A DNA stretch of 63,757 nt, the filler included, from Hyphochytrium catenoides (Eukaryota; Protista; Hyphochytriomycota), in assembly GCA_900088475.1 (NCBI GenBank). It is 5 parts of 5 records of this genome, joined end to end, with 100 filler letters (N's around TTAATTAATTAA, not from the genome) between each part and the next. Parts side by side here need not be neighbours in the genome. Positions count along the whole stretch, not along the records: positions 28,259 to 54,679 come from FLMG01002130.1; 4 more parts are not named here. One strand, 5' to 3'. Below, in pieces: positions 37,755 to 50,867 of the stretch (position 1 is its first letter; every line of letters starts with the position of its first letter). A program made the translations under genes and the position numbers. The notes beneath the pieces were generated by a model, which saw only the letters and a list, made by a program, of their open reading frames with translations, ran no database searches and was not told the DNA's origin.

Positions 37755-38689
37755 TTTGACTGGTAGAAGAGATGGACATTGCATTAATCTTCAATATAAT
37801 CATTGCGAACTCGCCTGGTAGGAGGGATCTCATAATGAGTATGCTGAGCATCATAGATGAAGAGAGAGACCTAGTTCCTCGACTACTTTTACTCGGGTGG
37901 AAGCATTCTCAGTTTGTTTCCGTTTTACCTCGCTTTGTAGGGCTAACATGCCGTGGGACAAATGACTCCACCAGTTTACGGCTGCGCCCTCGTAGATCAG
38001 CAGAGGAAGATTGCCCGTCTAAGTCATAGAGAGAAGAGATGATCTACGTCTAGAGAGCGCTTCATGGAAATGGTATGTATCCACTTCTTCTCTCCATTTG
38101 GAGTGGACTTCGGAATGAGCATGACGACAGGACTTTTTGAGATCAAGACAAGCTCTCTCCCGCGTATATATATAGAGAGTCAAGGTAAGGCACAGAGAGT
38201 GATTAACGTAAGGACGTGCGCGTTCTTCAATTTGTCGAGAGGAGGTAAGCTCTGGTTCCAAAAGTAGCAGTCAATGTCAAACTGAAGCGTAGAGGGCTCA
38301 GAAGCCTGTTCCCAATGTCTCTCGCCATTCGTGCAACGATGGCCCTGCTCTGTAGCGATCACTAGGCTGGCTATCTGGCCTTGATAGGCATTGGCTCCCG
38401 ATTGTATTGATCAAGAACGTTTTCCTCAAATAGCAGTGAGACCAAGTATACTGACTTACCTACAGGGCATTGACACTTCTGGAGCCGAGGGAGAAAGTGG
38501 GCCAGGCACCCGCAAACTTGAAGAGCGACGCCAGCGCTATCCTTCCGCTCTGAGGAAGCCTCAACGTTCTGCGGATGTTTTAGGGTTAGGGTTAGCGCCT
38601 CCGACCCGTATAGAATAGGCATCATGTTCCGGCTACCGGACCAGTTCACAACTCTCTTTGCTGCCCTATGGTCCTCCTCATCTTCGGAC

Positions 38690-38845
38690 GCTGTTGCTTT
38701 AGTTTCTCTTTCTTCAGTTTGTTCAGGAAGAGTGAGAAAGAGAACATCATCATGCATTGCAATTTTTCCTCATTTTCTGCAGCTGTTGCTTTGTTTTCTC
38801 TTTCCTGACAGTGTTGAGGAAGAGTGATAAAGAGAACATCATCGT
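38690..38845. repeat. Diverged tandem duplication, period ~92 nt
   Basis: GCTGTTGCTTT..TTTCTCTTTC..AGGAAGAGTGA.AAAGAGAACATCATC at 38690 and 38782. Confidence 0.75.
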
Positions 38846-41035
38846 CTTCCTCTCCAACGGCTCGCCGAAAAGTAACGGTATTGGGAAAGAGAAAGAAAGA
38901 GAGAGGAGAGAGGTATAGAGAAAGTAGTAGCGTTGACAGGGAGAAGCCAACAGAGAGAGGGTTGAACAGAAAAGGGAATCGACGCTGGATTCCCCATCTT
39001 GTTGGCAAGCCTCCAACTATTGATAATAGCACTGATTATAAAGCTTCCTCGCTTAATATAATCACTTTTGAATGAGCTTGTACATAGCCTAAAAAAACTT
39101 TCAGAACGGTGGAGCTCCATTCCTGTCGGAAAGCTTATCTGGCAGGTGCTGTCAACACCGGCGGTGGCGCTTAGTGCTTTGAGGAGGAAGGTGATGCCTC
39201 TGCCTTTGGCAACCGGCCCAGCCTTTTATCAAAAGGCTTTCAGCACCGTGGTTTCATGAAGCCAGATCTTTGAGGACCGAAAATGATGCTTTGTAGGGGA
39301 TCAACCTTACTTATACAAGGATAGGGAACGGTAGTGGGCAAATAAGGTTCTATTCAACAAGCGCAAGGCAAGAGGAAGGACTCGTACCCACCAAAGCGGG
39401 AGGGAGGAAAGTAGAGGAAGCAAAAATGCCGTGCAGGCTGCAATCATATCCTGTGTCGTTAGCTGCCCTGACCGCCCGCAGATACAAAGATGTCCTCTCC
39501 TTCTTCTCTCGAAAAACAATCTAAACATCATCATCAAAGAGACGTCCCGAGCTGTTGAGACCCGGACCAGGACCAGCAAGAGCAATCGATACGACACATC
39601 AAAGAGAGTAATGCGATAAGAACGATGGAACGGAGGAGGAGCGACGCGGTACAAGTGCAGCATGATAATGATGAGCCAGGACTTGTCCTGTCATTAGCCA
39701 TGGAACGACGAGAGGGAGACCAGTTGATAGACAGCTGCTGAGCAAGACTTTCCTGTCATCATGAAGAGCACTCTACATAGTCAACATAGGGAGGGAAGAG
39801 GAGGAGGAGGGTGAGGAGGAGGGCAGGTGAAGGTCTGTTTGAGGTTCTCTTGCACTTCTCCTTTTTTGTCCCTTCAGCAGCTTTCCGTTACACGACTGTG
39901 ATCCCTCACCTTTCCAACCCTCCTTCCCTTGACGGCTAACGGCTAGCGCTTACCCCGTTCGGTGCTGCTTGTGAGCGATATCAAAGGATATGACAGAGTG
40001 TAGACAGCTGTACAGCAACAGCACTAGCCTGACCGTTTCCGGTATCGCTTCTGATCGTCTGACCATGCTCCTTCCTTGTTGAGATGATGGCCCAGCACTG
40101 CTGCTTACAAGGGTTATAATAGGATCCTACTGTTGACTGAGGATGGAGGAGGAGGAGGAAGGCCTACACTGATGATGGACGGCCGCTAGGTCTTCGATCC
40201 TACCTTCTACATCGTATAGAAGTGCAGCACGCAGGCCGGTGTCATGAACGTAGAAGTAGGCAGCAACAGGGAGAAAGATCGAGCCAGATCCTTTCAGTCA
40301 ACACTTCTGTGAGCAGGATTCTTAGATTGCTGCACCCTGAGTGATGATAGGACAAGGAGGAGGAGGATACCTTCTCCAGGGTCGTGCTGGGGTTATGCTA
40401 CTCCTCGTTCCTCGTCTGGTGTCGTTCGGCGGTTGCGTATCATCGTCATGCAGCAGCAGCAACAATCAGAGTATCTGATGAGGCCAGAGTTGTTAGCAGA
40501 ATGAGGATGAGGAGGAGGGATGGAAGAAGGAATTGCTTTGCTGCTCGACAGTAGGGTCTCTCATCTTCTAAGATATAATAGCAGGAAGATATAATAGCAG
40601 GAAGGAAGGCTCCGGCTGAGATTGTTTTCATTGGTGACCTCTTCTTTCTTGCTCCTTCGTCCTCCCTCTTTGTCTTGACCCTCTAAAGCCTAGCCTCCTA
40701 CTCTACTAGTGGCCAGTTTTGAAGTCACCGGGCTTCCCGCCGTCCTCCCTCTCCTTCATCCTGCAACAGACTCTTCCGGCCCTCCGCTCCGGTAGCTAGT
40801 TCAGTTCCTTCAAGTAGTGGTGCCCATCATCTCCGTCCTTCTCTGTTCTTTGCTCCTTCACCTGCATCCCATTCTCTAAATTCCCTGCAAGGAGCCACAC
40901 ACAAGAAACTCAGCGTCTCATCACCATCAGAGTGGAGCACAGAGCTATCAACTAGAAAAAGGGAACCTTCTTCCAAACCTCTAACTCTAAGAAGACAAGT
41001 CAGTACTACTACCAAGACAACAAGAACCTCACAAA

Positions 41036-42613
41036 ATGAAGATCCCTCTTCTCTATTCTTCCCCGGCGTTTATCCTTTTGATGTCATCATGCTCTCTCTC
41101 TCTCTTCATGCAAGGCGCATCCGCTCAGCTTGGGAAATGCACCTCCAGTGAGGCTGAGCTCAAAGTGGGTCTTGGCTTGGATAATCAAGGCGACAGGGCA
41201 CAGGAGGTCCGCTTCGTTCCTGGTGCTTTCAAGCAGCAGAACTCAGTATTTGGCAGGCAAGAGTCAGCACTCCAGCCAGGCATCGTCGCAAACTTCATAT
41301 GTGACCGTCTTAATGACGAATGCCAGGCTGACAAAGCAACCGTCTCCAAGTGCCGTTCAGCTCAAGAAAAGGTTGCTGGTTCGGGCCTGAAGGGTGGTAA
41401 GGACCTTTCTGCAGAGGCCACGCAAGCCCTGGCTACCTTGGCGGCGGAGTTCAATGCGGAAGTGGGCATCGCTGGTAGTCAGTTAACCAAAGGCACGGCA
41501 TCAGGAAAGCAAGGCCAGCCCACAAATGCAGCAGCAGCACCCACAACTGCTTCGTCAACAGCTAAGCAACAGACCCAAAAGAAGCGAGCAGCTCCGAGCA
41601 CTGCATCTCCCGAAACGGCACAACCATCAACGAAGGAGGCGCAGACAGCGCCAAGTCCGGGTAAAGGGCAAGGAGGCAACGCGACCGGCAAACAAGCTGG
41701 CTCCTCTTCGCCTTCCTCGGCAGACTTTTGCCAGCAACATCCTGAGCTTGCTCTTAACGATGGCACTCAGATCCGCACTGGTGCTTGCAGTACGACGGTG
41801 CAGGGAGCCATTCCAAAATTTGAAAACATGGTCTCCACGCGGTTGATATCTCCACAGAACGGTGAGGACATTGAAGAAGGCCAAAGCTTCAAGATTGCAG
41901 TGCAAGTGAGGAACATGCAGCTTGGAACCTTCTTAGACCCGAAAAGGCTCTATTATACGCAGCCGCAGATCCTCAATGATCAAGGACTTATCATAGGACA
42001 TATCCATGTGGTTATGGAAGAGCTTGACGGATTGAAGCTTACAGACCCGACGACGTTCAAGTTCTTTAAAGGTTTGGATCAGCAGCCAGAGCCAGGCAAT
42101 ATTCTCTCAGTGGAGGTCACAGCAGGGGTCACGGGCGTCGGAGAGCACCGGATCTGTAGTATCACCGGCTCGACGGCTCATCAGCCTGTTATCATGCCTG
42201 TAGCCCAGAGAGGAAGTCAAGACGACTGCATCAGGGTCAACGTTGTTCCCAAGAATAAGAATAATGGTCAAGCGGCATCTGCAGCGAGCCCTACGTCGTC
42301 CAACAGCCAGCGATCGCAGGGCCAGGAGACTAGTCCTACCCGAATCACCACGACGACGGCTGGCCCTACCACCAAGAAGCAGACTCCTGGGACAGAACGA
42401 GCGACTGCTAAGAACCAACCGCAGACGGTGGCGGCTGCAGACGCTAGCGCGGGGAAGCAGCAGCGTGCCGCCAGCAAGAACGGTGGTCAGAAGCAGCAAA
42501 AGAATGCAGGAACTCTGGCCTCTTCGTCTTCCTCTTCTACCACTCTGCCTAACGCAAGTAATGCTCAGAATGCCAAGAAGCAAACGTTCAGAGGCCAGTC
42601 TAGCAACAAGTGA
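41036..42613 (+). CDS. Secreted protein with two Cys-containing domains of fungal secreted-protein type and Q/T/S/A/P-rich linkers, 525 aa, intronless
   Basis: Signal peptide ending about GASA|Q. Domain 1 is LGKC...ALQPGIVANFICDRLNDEC...C. Domain 2 has DGTQIRTGACS, LISPQNG, YYTQPQIL, IIGHIHV, FKFFKGL and HQPVIMPVAQRGSQDDC. Confidence 0.85.
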   Translation: MKIPLLYSSPAFILLMSSCSLSLFMQGASAQLGKCTSSEAELKVGLGLDNQGDRAQEVRFVPGAFKQQNSVFGRQESALQPGIVANFICDRLNDECQADKATVSKCRSAQEKVAGSGLKGGKDLSAEATQALATLAAEFNAEVGIAGSQLTKGTASGKQGQPTNAAAAPTTASSTAKQQTQKKRAAPSTASPETAQPSTKEAQTAPSPGKGQGGNATGKQAGSSSPSSADFCQQHPELALNDGTQIRTGACSTTVQGAIPKFENMVSTRLISPQNGEDIEEGQSFKIAVQVRNMQLGTFLDPKRLYYTQPQILNDQGLIIGHIHVVMEELDGLKLTDPTTFKFFKGLDQQPEPGNILSVEVTAGVTGVGEHRICSITGSTAHQPVIMPVAQRGSQDDCIRVNVVPKNKNNGQAASAASPTSSNSQRSQGQETSPTRITTTTAGPTTKKQTPGTERATAKNQPQTVAAADASAGKQQRAASKNGGQKQQKNAGTLASSSSSSTTLPNASNAQNAKKQTFRGQSSNK

Positions 42614-43683
42614 GAGCCCCTCTCTCTTTGTTTCTTGGCCCGTCTTCTTGATCCATGAGTTCATCAACTCTCTGGCTTGTTAGATCTTTGTCTCTTATAA
42701 TAATTCACGATAGCAGAAAAAGAACCCTAGCGTCGTTTAAAGTTCCCTTATAATGCATGGTGATTGATGATGAAGTAGATACGGGACGCCGTCACTTCTC
42801 TTTCCAGGGCCTATCACTCAGTGCTCGGAGTAATTCCTTCGTGCTCCGCTCCTCATCTATCAAGCTCGCCGCTCCAGCTTCCACGGCAATCCGTAGGTGT
42901 GTCTCTTCGCTTTGTTGTTGGGCTTCCTTTTTGCTGTTCCCACACTCCAGCGAGCATCCATAGCAACGCTCTTCCTCCTGGCAAAGTGTCCCATCAACGC
43001 TCTTCTCCTAGCAGAGCGCTCGTGATTCAACAGCAGGCCTAAGCGAATTTGAGCAACCTCCCGAAGAACGTGATCATAAGGCAAAGGGCACGCCCTAACA
43101 CAGCCCTTTGGAATCGACGACAAGGGCAAACAAAAGGCTCTACTTTTACCATGAGAGGCGGCAAAGACAGCCTTAGCGGGCAGCGGATACACCTATCAAA
43201 GACGCGAGACGTTCAAGAGAGTTACGAAGACAAGACGGAGCTTGTCACGCCAGCGTCATTTATGTGGCAGTGACCTAGAGAAGCAGTAGCGGAAGACAGT
43301 ACAAGAATAGGCAGGCGAGAGAAATAGACAGCGCGAGAGAGAAAGAGGCAGAAGAGGCGAAACAGAGAGAGAGGCTGTGTGCGCAAGCGAGAGAGAGACA
43401 GTGAGAGAGAGAGAAAAAGGAAAGACCTTCTTAATCGCTACTTTAGAAGCGGGGCGAGCCCGCACTAAGAACGCCCAAAGTCAGCCAATACTGGCTGCAT
43501 CTTCTCCATCATCAGACAGCTAATATCAGCAAGGGCAGCAAACGAATGCTTGATCAAAGACCTCTCCCAACCTCCTTTCACTCTTTTTCATCCCCTGCTT
43601 CTAAGTCAGTCAGCACAGACAAAGAAAGGAGAGATAGAAGAAGAGGTTCAGAGCCCCAACCGACGTTAATCTTCTTTGCTTCT

Positions 43684-45960
43684 CTATCTTCGGCCGGTAT
43701 GAAGCTTGTGCACACTGATAACGAATAGAAGTTGGAACCCCAGGCCAAAGGCAAGAAGGATGATCAGATCTCTAGACACGTCCACGCCCGTCATATCAAA
43801 GCGCAGAAGCAGCTCCTGACCCTCAGGCGAGTGAGAGAACTCGTTGTCCATAAAGACTCTTAGGGCGTACGTATGGAAGGCAATATAATAGACCCAGATC
43901 CAGTATCCAGGGATGTTCTCCTTGGTGATCAGATAGCCTTCACACAGCATAAACATCCCATACAGACCGGCAGCGAGGGCCATTCCGATGATATAGTTTG
44001 GCACTAGAGCCCCCACCAGCTGCATGAAGGACTCTGCAGCGATAAGAGAGAGGAACAGCGTCAAGAGAAAGAGTCCAAACCCATGCATGCCCGCGAGAGG
44101 GACGATAAAAGCGGTGCAGACCACGGAGATGAGGAAGACGCCTGGCAGAGAAAGGAAAAACTTGGCCATCAGATAGGGCAACACATCATACATTCCATTG
44201 CCTCTCTCTCTGACGAAGACGGCCCTTTCCTGGATGAAGAAAGGCAGCGCCGCGACGGACATGAAGACCATAAAGTTCAGCACGTAGAGCAAGAGCCCTG
44301 AGATCTCCAGCTCACTGATGGTAGAAGAGGATGTGTCGATGTACATGGTGCCAATCATGAGGGAGAGCATGCCATACATAAACAGCCGCACCCAGAAGAT
44401 TCCCGGATTCCGAAGATTATCGAGGAAAGTCCGATGACAGAGCACCAGGAACTGATAGGATCTCGGAGTGGGATACTTTGAGTGGAAAGACGTGGCGTCC
44501 ACGCCGCTCAGTGTCACATCTTCGTCCTCTATCGCCTTACATAGCCGCCCATAGGCTTCACTCTTTTCCGCTATCTCGACGAGCACATCCACGTCCGCAT
44601 GATGAGGAAAGTCAGTGTTGATCAGGCTTAGCGCAAAGTCTGCTGGGTTGGTGTACTGAGGGCACGGGTAGCCCACTGTGGCCAGGTAGTCCACCAGAGT
44701 CTCCGCCCTGCCGAAGAACACTGTCCGGCCCTTGGATAGGAAGAGAACGTCATCGCAGAGAGACCAGATCTCCGAGGACGGCTGATGAACAGTGCTCACA
44801 ATGGTATGGCCAAGGGAAGCCAGCATTTTCAGGTGCTTCACGATCTCTAGAGCAGCGGCTGAGTCCAGGCCGCTTGTCGGCTCGTCCAAGAAGATGAGGC
44901 TGGGGCTCTTAATGAGCTCAATGCCGATGCTCAGTCTCCTCTTCTCTCCTCCAGATAGGCCTTTGAAGAAGATGTCTCCTACCCTGGTATTGGCACAGTC
45001 TTCGAGCCCCATGTCCACGATCACCGCTTCCACAATGGCGTCTCTTGTCTCTCGCCTCTCATGGTGGCTGTCGCAATAGAGTTTGCCTGCAAAGCTTAGC
45101 GTTTCTCTGACAGTCAGGACACCTAGAAGAGAAGGCTCTTGGGGGACATAGCAGGATATTCGTCGGAACCACTTATCCCGCGGCCGGCCGTTTAGCATAA
45201 TAGAGCCTGAGAAGCCCCTGCCGCTGTGCGATACATTCAAACGGTCCGCCAAGAGGTCCAACAGTGTCGTCTTGCCGCAGCCTGAGGGCCCCATGATCAT
45301 CAGAAAGGACCCTGCAGTTGCTCTGCCGGTCACGTTACTCAGCAACACTCGGCGGCTTATCGTGGCAGCTCCTTTACTTTTCTCCACAGAAGAAGAACCT
45401 AGCAGCTTCTCACCTCGACGATCCTCGTTGCTGGCCATGGTGAGAGCCTTTGGGCTTCCTCCCGCAGCCTCGCCTAGTTCAAGGTAGTCACTCTCTCTTT
45501 GTACGGACGAGGATGGTCTCGAGGAGGATAGAGGTCCATCTAGAACCTCAGTAACAGGACTGTTGCCGTCCTTTAATGTTGTCGTCTTATGCTTTTTCTC
45601 TCTCTTCATCGCATTCTCCTTCTTAGTCTTAGGCTTCGCGGTGCTTTGTGGGATATCATAGAAGAGACTGCTCCAGGATATGGTGACGGGTCTGATGAGC
45701 TTCTTCAGCGCTTCATCGCTGAGAGACGATAGATGACGGTCTGCAGGAGACATCATCCCAGAGAAAGAACGTTTGATCTCGAGCACCTTCCTCTCTGATT
45801 CCTGCTGAGAGATGATGGAGATGGAAGGCATTGTCAGGGGAGCGGATGGCAGGAGAGCAGACACTGTTGCTGCTTGGGAAGGAGGAGGAGGCCGGGCGAG
45901 CACCGGAGGAGCATCACTGCTGCTATCGTGCATCGTGCACACAGGTTCTGTTGACGCCAT
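43684..45960 (-). CDS. ABC transporter subfamily G half-transporter (White/WBC-like, NBD-TMD), intronless
   Basis: Walker A GPSGCGKT, Q-loop YVPQE, signature LSGGE, Walker B IFLDEPTSGLD, H-loop TVHQP, NPADF, and a C-terminal ABC2 membrane domain (ERAVFVRER). Confidence 0.97.
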   Translation of the reverse strand: MASTEPVCTMHDSSSDAPPVLARPPPPSQAATVSALLPSAPLTMPSISIISQQESERKVLEIKRSFSGMMSPADRHLSSLSDEALKKLIRPVTISWSSLFYDIPQSTAKPKTKKENAMKREKKHKTTTLKDGNSPVTEVLDGPLSSSRPSSSVQRESDYLELGEAAGGSPKALTMASNEDRRGEKLLGSSSVEKSKGAATISRRVLLSNVTGRATAGSFLMIMGPSGCGKTTLLDLLADRLNVSHSGRGFSGSIMLNGRPRDKWFRRISCYVPQEPSLLGVLTVRETLSFAGKLYCDSHHERRETRDAIVEAVIVDMGLEDCANTRVGDIFFKGLSGGEKRRLSIGIELIKSPSLIFLDEPTSGLDSAAALEIVKHLKMLASLGHTIVSTVHQPSSEIWSLCDDVLFLSKGRTVFFGRAETLVDYLATVGYPCPQYTNPADFALSLINTDFPHHADVDVLVEIAEKSEAYGRLCKAIEDEDVTLSGVDATSFHSKYPTPRSYQFLVLCHRTFLDNLRNPGIFWVRLFMYGMLSLMIGTMYIDTSSSTISELEISGLLLYVLNFMVFMSVAALPFFIQERAVFVRERGNGMYDVLPYLMAKFFLSLPGVFLISVVCTAFIVPLAGMHGFGLFLLTLFLSLIAAESFMQLVGALVPNYIIGMALAAGLYGMFMLCEGYLITKENIPGYWIWVYYIAFHTYALRVFMDNEFSHSPEGQELLLRFDMTGVDVSRDLIILLAFGLGFQLLFVISVHKLHTGRR

Positions 45961-46703
45961 TTGAGCTGTTTTTCTTAGGGAGAGAGTCGATGTTAGAGCG
46001 TTCTTTATGCTGTGCTATGAGAGAGCGCTGTGAGCAGCGCCGGGGAGATTGGATTGTGAGCCTTTGACGCCAGCAGACTTGTGCCCCTCATTGAGTGCCT
46101 TTCTCCATGACTCTTGCAGGTGAAGCATGATGATCCGCTCCCTGTCCTGGTATGCAACCTCCTCTGCTTCACTTCTCTCTCTCCCACCTGCTGTCGCCCC
46201 ACTCACTCACTCCCTTATTAGGCTTAAAGGTAAGTGGGGCAGGGTTGTGGCCAGAGTGCTAGAAAGGTTAACAGTAGGATGCTAGACAGCCGGGACGATG
46301 GAGAGAGAGAGACAAAGGAGAGGGACAGAGAGAGAGAGTGAGGAAGAGAGGGAAAGAGAGAGAGAGACGCAGGAAGGAAGGTTTGGCAGAGCGGAAGGTC
46401 CAAGGAAGACGGATGAAGCCTCAGATAAAAGGCGAGAGTAGAGTAGGAAGGAAGGAATAGAACTTGCGGGGGCCACAGAGAGGTAGCGCTGTCCTCCTGC
46501 CGATCATCATCCGTCATTTAACAAGGCCAAAAGCATTGACATCACGGGTGGGCGGGCGGTCGCTGTGGAGCTGGCTTGTCAACCGTGAGGTCCTCATCCT
46601 CCCACCTGTCGCTGTCAGAGAGAGAGCCTTGAGAAGAGGAGCAGGAGCGTACGACTAGATGTTGAGAAAGGACTGACAAATGAGTAAGCCAGAGACATAA
46701 GAG

Positions 46704-46741
<38 letters not shown>

Positions 46742-48539
46742 AAGACATAGAGAGAGAGAGTTAGAAGTGCGAGGAAGAGTGATGATGAGGCTCTCAAATG
46801 GGGGAAGCGAAGAAGAAGAAGAGAACTTGGAGAGAAAGAGTGCAGCAGGACAGAGACATTGTTCTTCTCTTCCAGGAGCAAGCGTGATGGCCGACAAGCT
46901 TTTATTCGACAATTCACAAGCCCTTTTTATGGCTGATGAGCAGCGTGATGAGTGCTCCCGCTGGTGCAGAGAGTCCCAACGTGAAACCACAATGGAAAGC
47001 AGCGAGAGACGACCCGCCAGCGAGAGACGGAGAGAGAGAGAGAGACGAGAGAGAGAAAGTGAGAGGGAGAGAGAATGATGGCAAGAGCGTGAAGAGGTGC
47101 CGAAGAGAGGAGAGTGGAGAGTAATCTTCTCTTGATGACCACCACTCTCTCGCTTCCCATCCTAAAGAAGGATGCCAATGACACTTTTTCTTCTCCTTTT
47201 CTGCGTGTCGCTGGGTGACTCTTTCTTCTTCTCTCTTCCCCTCGCTGCAAGGCATAGAGTCTCTCTTTTTCTTGTCAGCTTTTTTCCCCTCCTCCCCCGT
47301 CAACCTCCAAGGTGATAAGTCCCAGAGTGTCTCGCCATCTTCTCTCTGACTGAAAGCCCTGTCGCCTCTCTCTCTGTCCTCCCGTACGTGTTGCGGGTCA
47401 ATGACATCCGTGAGGAGAGGAAATCATTTCCTCTTTCTCTCCCTTTTCCTCTCTCGCTTTCTTCGTCTGCTGTGCCTTTGCTCTTCTCAATCGTTACCGC
47501 CACCATCAGGTGGCCGTCCTTCTTCTTGACTCAGCATGACTCACCGCTACTCTCGTCCAGCCGCTTTCTTTCTTAACACGGGACAGGCCAAGAAAGAGAG
47601 AGAAAGAGAGAGAGAGATTGCTGTCTAGCATTCTGTTTTCTTCTCGCCGAAGTAGAAAGTTGGATCACAAGGATTGTTGGTTTATGAGGAGGAGAGAAAG
47701 GTTCGGGCAGGGAAGTGTGGCTGATGGAGGTGCCGGAGTGCGGGGCTGCAGCTGCAAATCAAGAAAAGAGAAAGCAACGAGTCTCGCTCCTTCTTCCAAC
47801 AGCCCAGCCTTTATAAAAGAACTGGAACAGTAAGGAGAAGTAAGTGTTGAGACAAATCTTATTGAATCGATTAAATCATGCACCTTTAGTTAATCAGAAT
47901 CAGATCAAACGTATGAGCGCTGTTCTTCTTGATTCTTGAGTTCTTGAGCAGTGAATAAAGCTGACTTTTGAGCTGGCTCGATGGAAGAAGACTGCTTTTG
48001 TTGTTAATTGTTGAGACTCCACCAAGAAGAATTAATAATAGAAGAATTCGTCTGGAGGAGCATCTTCACATGCGACGTGCATCAATCATATTGCTCTTCT
48101 TCTTGGTGGTCTCTTTGGCTCTTCTAAGCCACAGCTTTATCCTACTCTTTGGAGCCAACCACTGTACTGCGCCTGACTGAAGACTGGAGAGCGGATAACC
48201 TTGTTTTTGGGAAGATACAACCGGAGTTTAGTCACTGGTGACCTTCGTATTTATGAACATCTTTCTTAGGAATTGTCGCGCTGCGCTCGAAAGTTCAGTA
48301 GAAGAAGACTTTCTTGCTAGATAAAAACTAATGAGTAGGGAATTGCATGGCATAGGTGGGCCAACCAAACAAGTCAGCTCACCCGAAGGTCACCACACAA
48401 AGAAGAAGGTTCAACCTTGATCTTCTCCTCTAAAAAAATAAGCAGCAGCGGTGTTGAAGGCGGAACGCCGTCCAAGCCTGGAAGTATTCCGTTATTGCCT
48501 CCGGGAATCCCCTCCTACTTCTTCTTGCCCTGAATGTAA

Positions 48540-49200
48540 TAATAAACCATACAGAGGTTCAGGTAGGAGTTCTCTTCTAAACCTTGTGAGGCGTCCAGAC
48601 CTGAGTTGGCCTATGCACATTGTTCTACTCCTTCGTCACTATCGAGCAAAGCCCATTACTGAACTCTGGAACGGCACAAAAGATGTTATTTAATATGTAA
48701 AGGGCATCTATTTGCTACTACGGTATGGTCGTCGAAGGTTCTTTGCCAGGCAATACCGAGGAGATCAATAAAGATGACCTCTACCTGTGAACTCTGTCTG
48801 GGCAAACGACGATGTGTATAGAAGTCTTCTTCTGGCGCAAATTTCCTATTCCTGAGGGTTCTCCGGTTGCTTGACTTGCAACAATCATCACCCTCCTCCC
48901 TACCGAAGCAGAGTATTGCAGCTGCTATGGCTGAGCAGGAACTGGTGTGGCTTCGCCAACCAAGGTGAATTGACTGAGTCGGAACTGGTGTATCTCGGTA
49001 GGCATTGCACCTTGCTTTGATGATGCTACCAATTTCTACCGCGACAACCAAGGTGCAATGGAGCTTGCTTCCAGAAGAGATTAAAGACATTGACGCCAGT
49101 TCCACATTATCTGGGAACACTACCAGGAAGGAGATCTGTTACCGATAGATATCCATATTGAGGATGTTTGCCGATATGTTAACCAAGTCTCTTCCGGATC
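48540..49200 (+). mobile_element. Ty1/copia LTR-retrotransposon relic (end of RT plus RNase H), frameshifted
   Basis: Ordered degenerate motifs KPYR, RPDL, ELWNGTKDVI*YVKG, TLLPTEAEY, QELVWLRQ, FYRDNQGAMELA, KDID..FHII and ADMLTKSL match the canonical copia order. Confidence 0.88.
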
Positions 49201-50867
49201 CATGCAGCGCCTTTTTTCAAAGGCCTTAGGAGGCGATTGAAGGTAGCAATGTAATCCTTGACAACGGTGTTCAGACCTTTACTCCTTTTTAGGGTCTCTA
49301 TAGCCAGCTCAGGCATATTCGTCTCTGTATACTACTAGGAATGGCCTGGCGACGAGTTTCTACGAACTACCTAGGCTACTACTTATTAATCCTCAGCTGA
49401 GACAATGAGGTGGATTTATGTGTGTCAACATCACCTGACCTCAAACAGCGGGCAGCAGATGCATAGAGCCCTGTTGTATGACAGCAAGAAGAGGCACAAG
49501 GAAGATGACACTTTCTCGCTCGACAGAACCTTCTTCTGACCAAAATAGAGTTCAGGAGGCTCATCATGGCTGACGCGGATGTGGAAGAATGAGCTTTTTC
49601 TTTCTTTGTAATAATGGCTGAGGCGTTAAACCAAGCCGAAGAAGTGGTCGCTGAGGAGTTTGAGCAGGCCCGCTAATCAAGCTACTAGCGTGGAAGCAGA
49701 ACAACAGCGAGCATGGACGATATAACTCTTTGATAAAAATAATGAAGAAGAGCTTCATCAGCAGCAAGATCTTCAGATTGTACCTGTGTAACTACAGACT
49801 ACTACGTACTCACTATATAAAGGTCTTCTTCTCCTATCATCATTATTAGCGATTGTAGGCCTTTTTGTTCTACTGTCCTTTGCCAAATAAAGAAACGACT
49901 GGCAGTGGTATCGCAGCATCATCAACTTAGGGGTAGGACAACTAGTCTCCTTTCTATCTCTGGCAAAACCTATAGTTCCAGAGTGGTAATACCTTACCCG
50001 TGCTGTACTGGCGTTACCTTATTGGTAGGAGGACTATAGCAGAAACACTTCTAGTAATAATAAGAAAGCCAAAGGTCACCATCTAGAGTTCTATCTTTGC
50101 GTCGTCTCAGGCTTGGCGAGCTGTTATTGGCCGCAGTGGTCAGCCTCCTCAGCCAATCACGATGCTGATGCAGATGAAGATCATCAGTGCCCCAGGTCCA
50201 AGGCCCAAAACTCCTGTGCGCTTGTGGTTATGATGATGAAGCCTTTAGGGCCGAATGATGAGTGACCGGAGGAGGGATGTCTGTCCGTTATTATTGTCTA
50301 TAGTGCTGACAGTGCTTCCGCGGCTGCAGACCCAGGTGATGATGGCCACTGCCATGGTTGATGATAAGACACACTGCCAACTTGTTGGCTGATAGAGAGG
50401 AAAATATCCTACCTCATGATGTTGAGAAGGCGGCACCTGTCCTACATTGCACTTGTAAGCAAAGCCGGCTAAGCCAAACCTCTCTGGATACAAAGTATGC
50501 CTCCTCTCTTGGACAAATGATAGTAACAAAGAGCGAGAGGGTAACTCCCATATAATAAACAATGTATAGGTGCTTCTTCCTTTTGCATGGTAGCATTTGC
50601 CCATAGGAATAGAGACCAAAGGCTCTGGTGATGAGTGAGAGCACAGCACTGATCTACAAAACTGACCCTCACGATGATGGAGTCTCGGACATATGCTAAC
50701 AACACAATGAGAATAGCCCTTGTCCCCTATGGAATTGGCTTAGAGCTAGGGTTACCTCGTCTAGCTTTCTTATTTGTCAAGGGCTCACACCGCCTGTGCA
50801 CTCTCACCTTCTCCTGGTAGTCAATCCTTCTCGTCACATCTTAGGTCGTCTAGAGTTCAGTTTAGAT

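Noticed and set aside
38578-38595. TTTTAGGGTTAGGGTTAG telomere-like sequence
   Set aside because: Under three units and internal to a contig; too short to call, though it may hint at a TTAGGG/TTTAGGG telomere.
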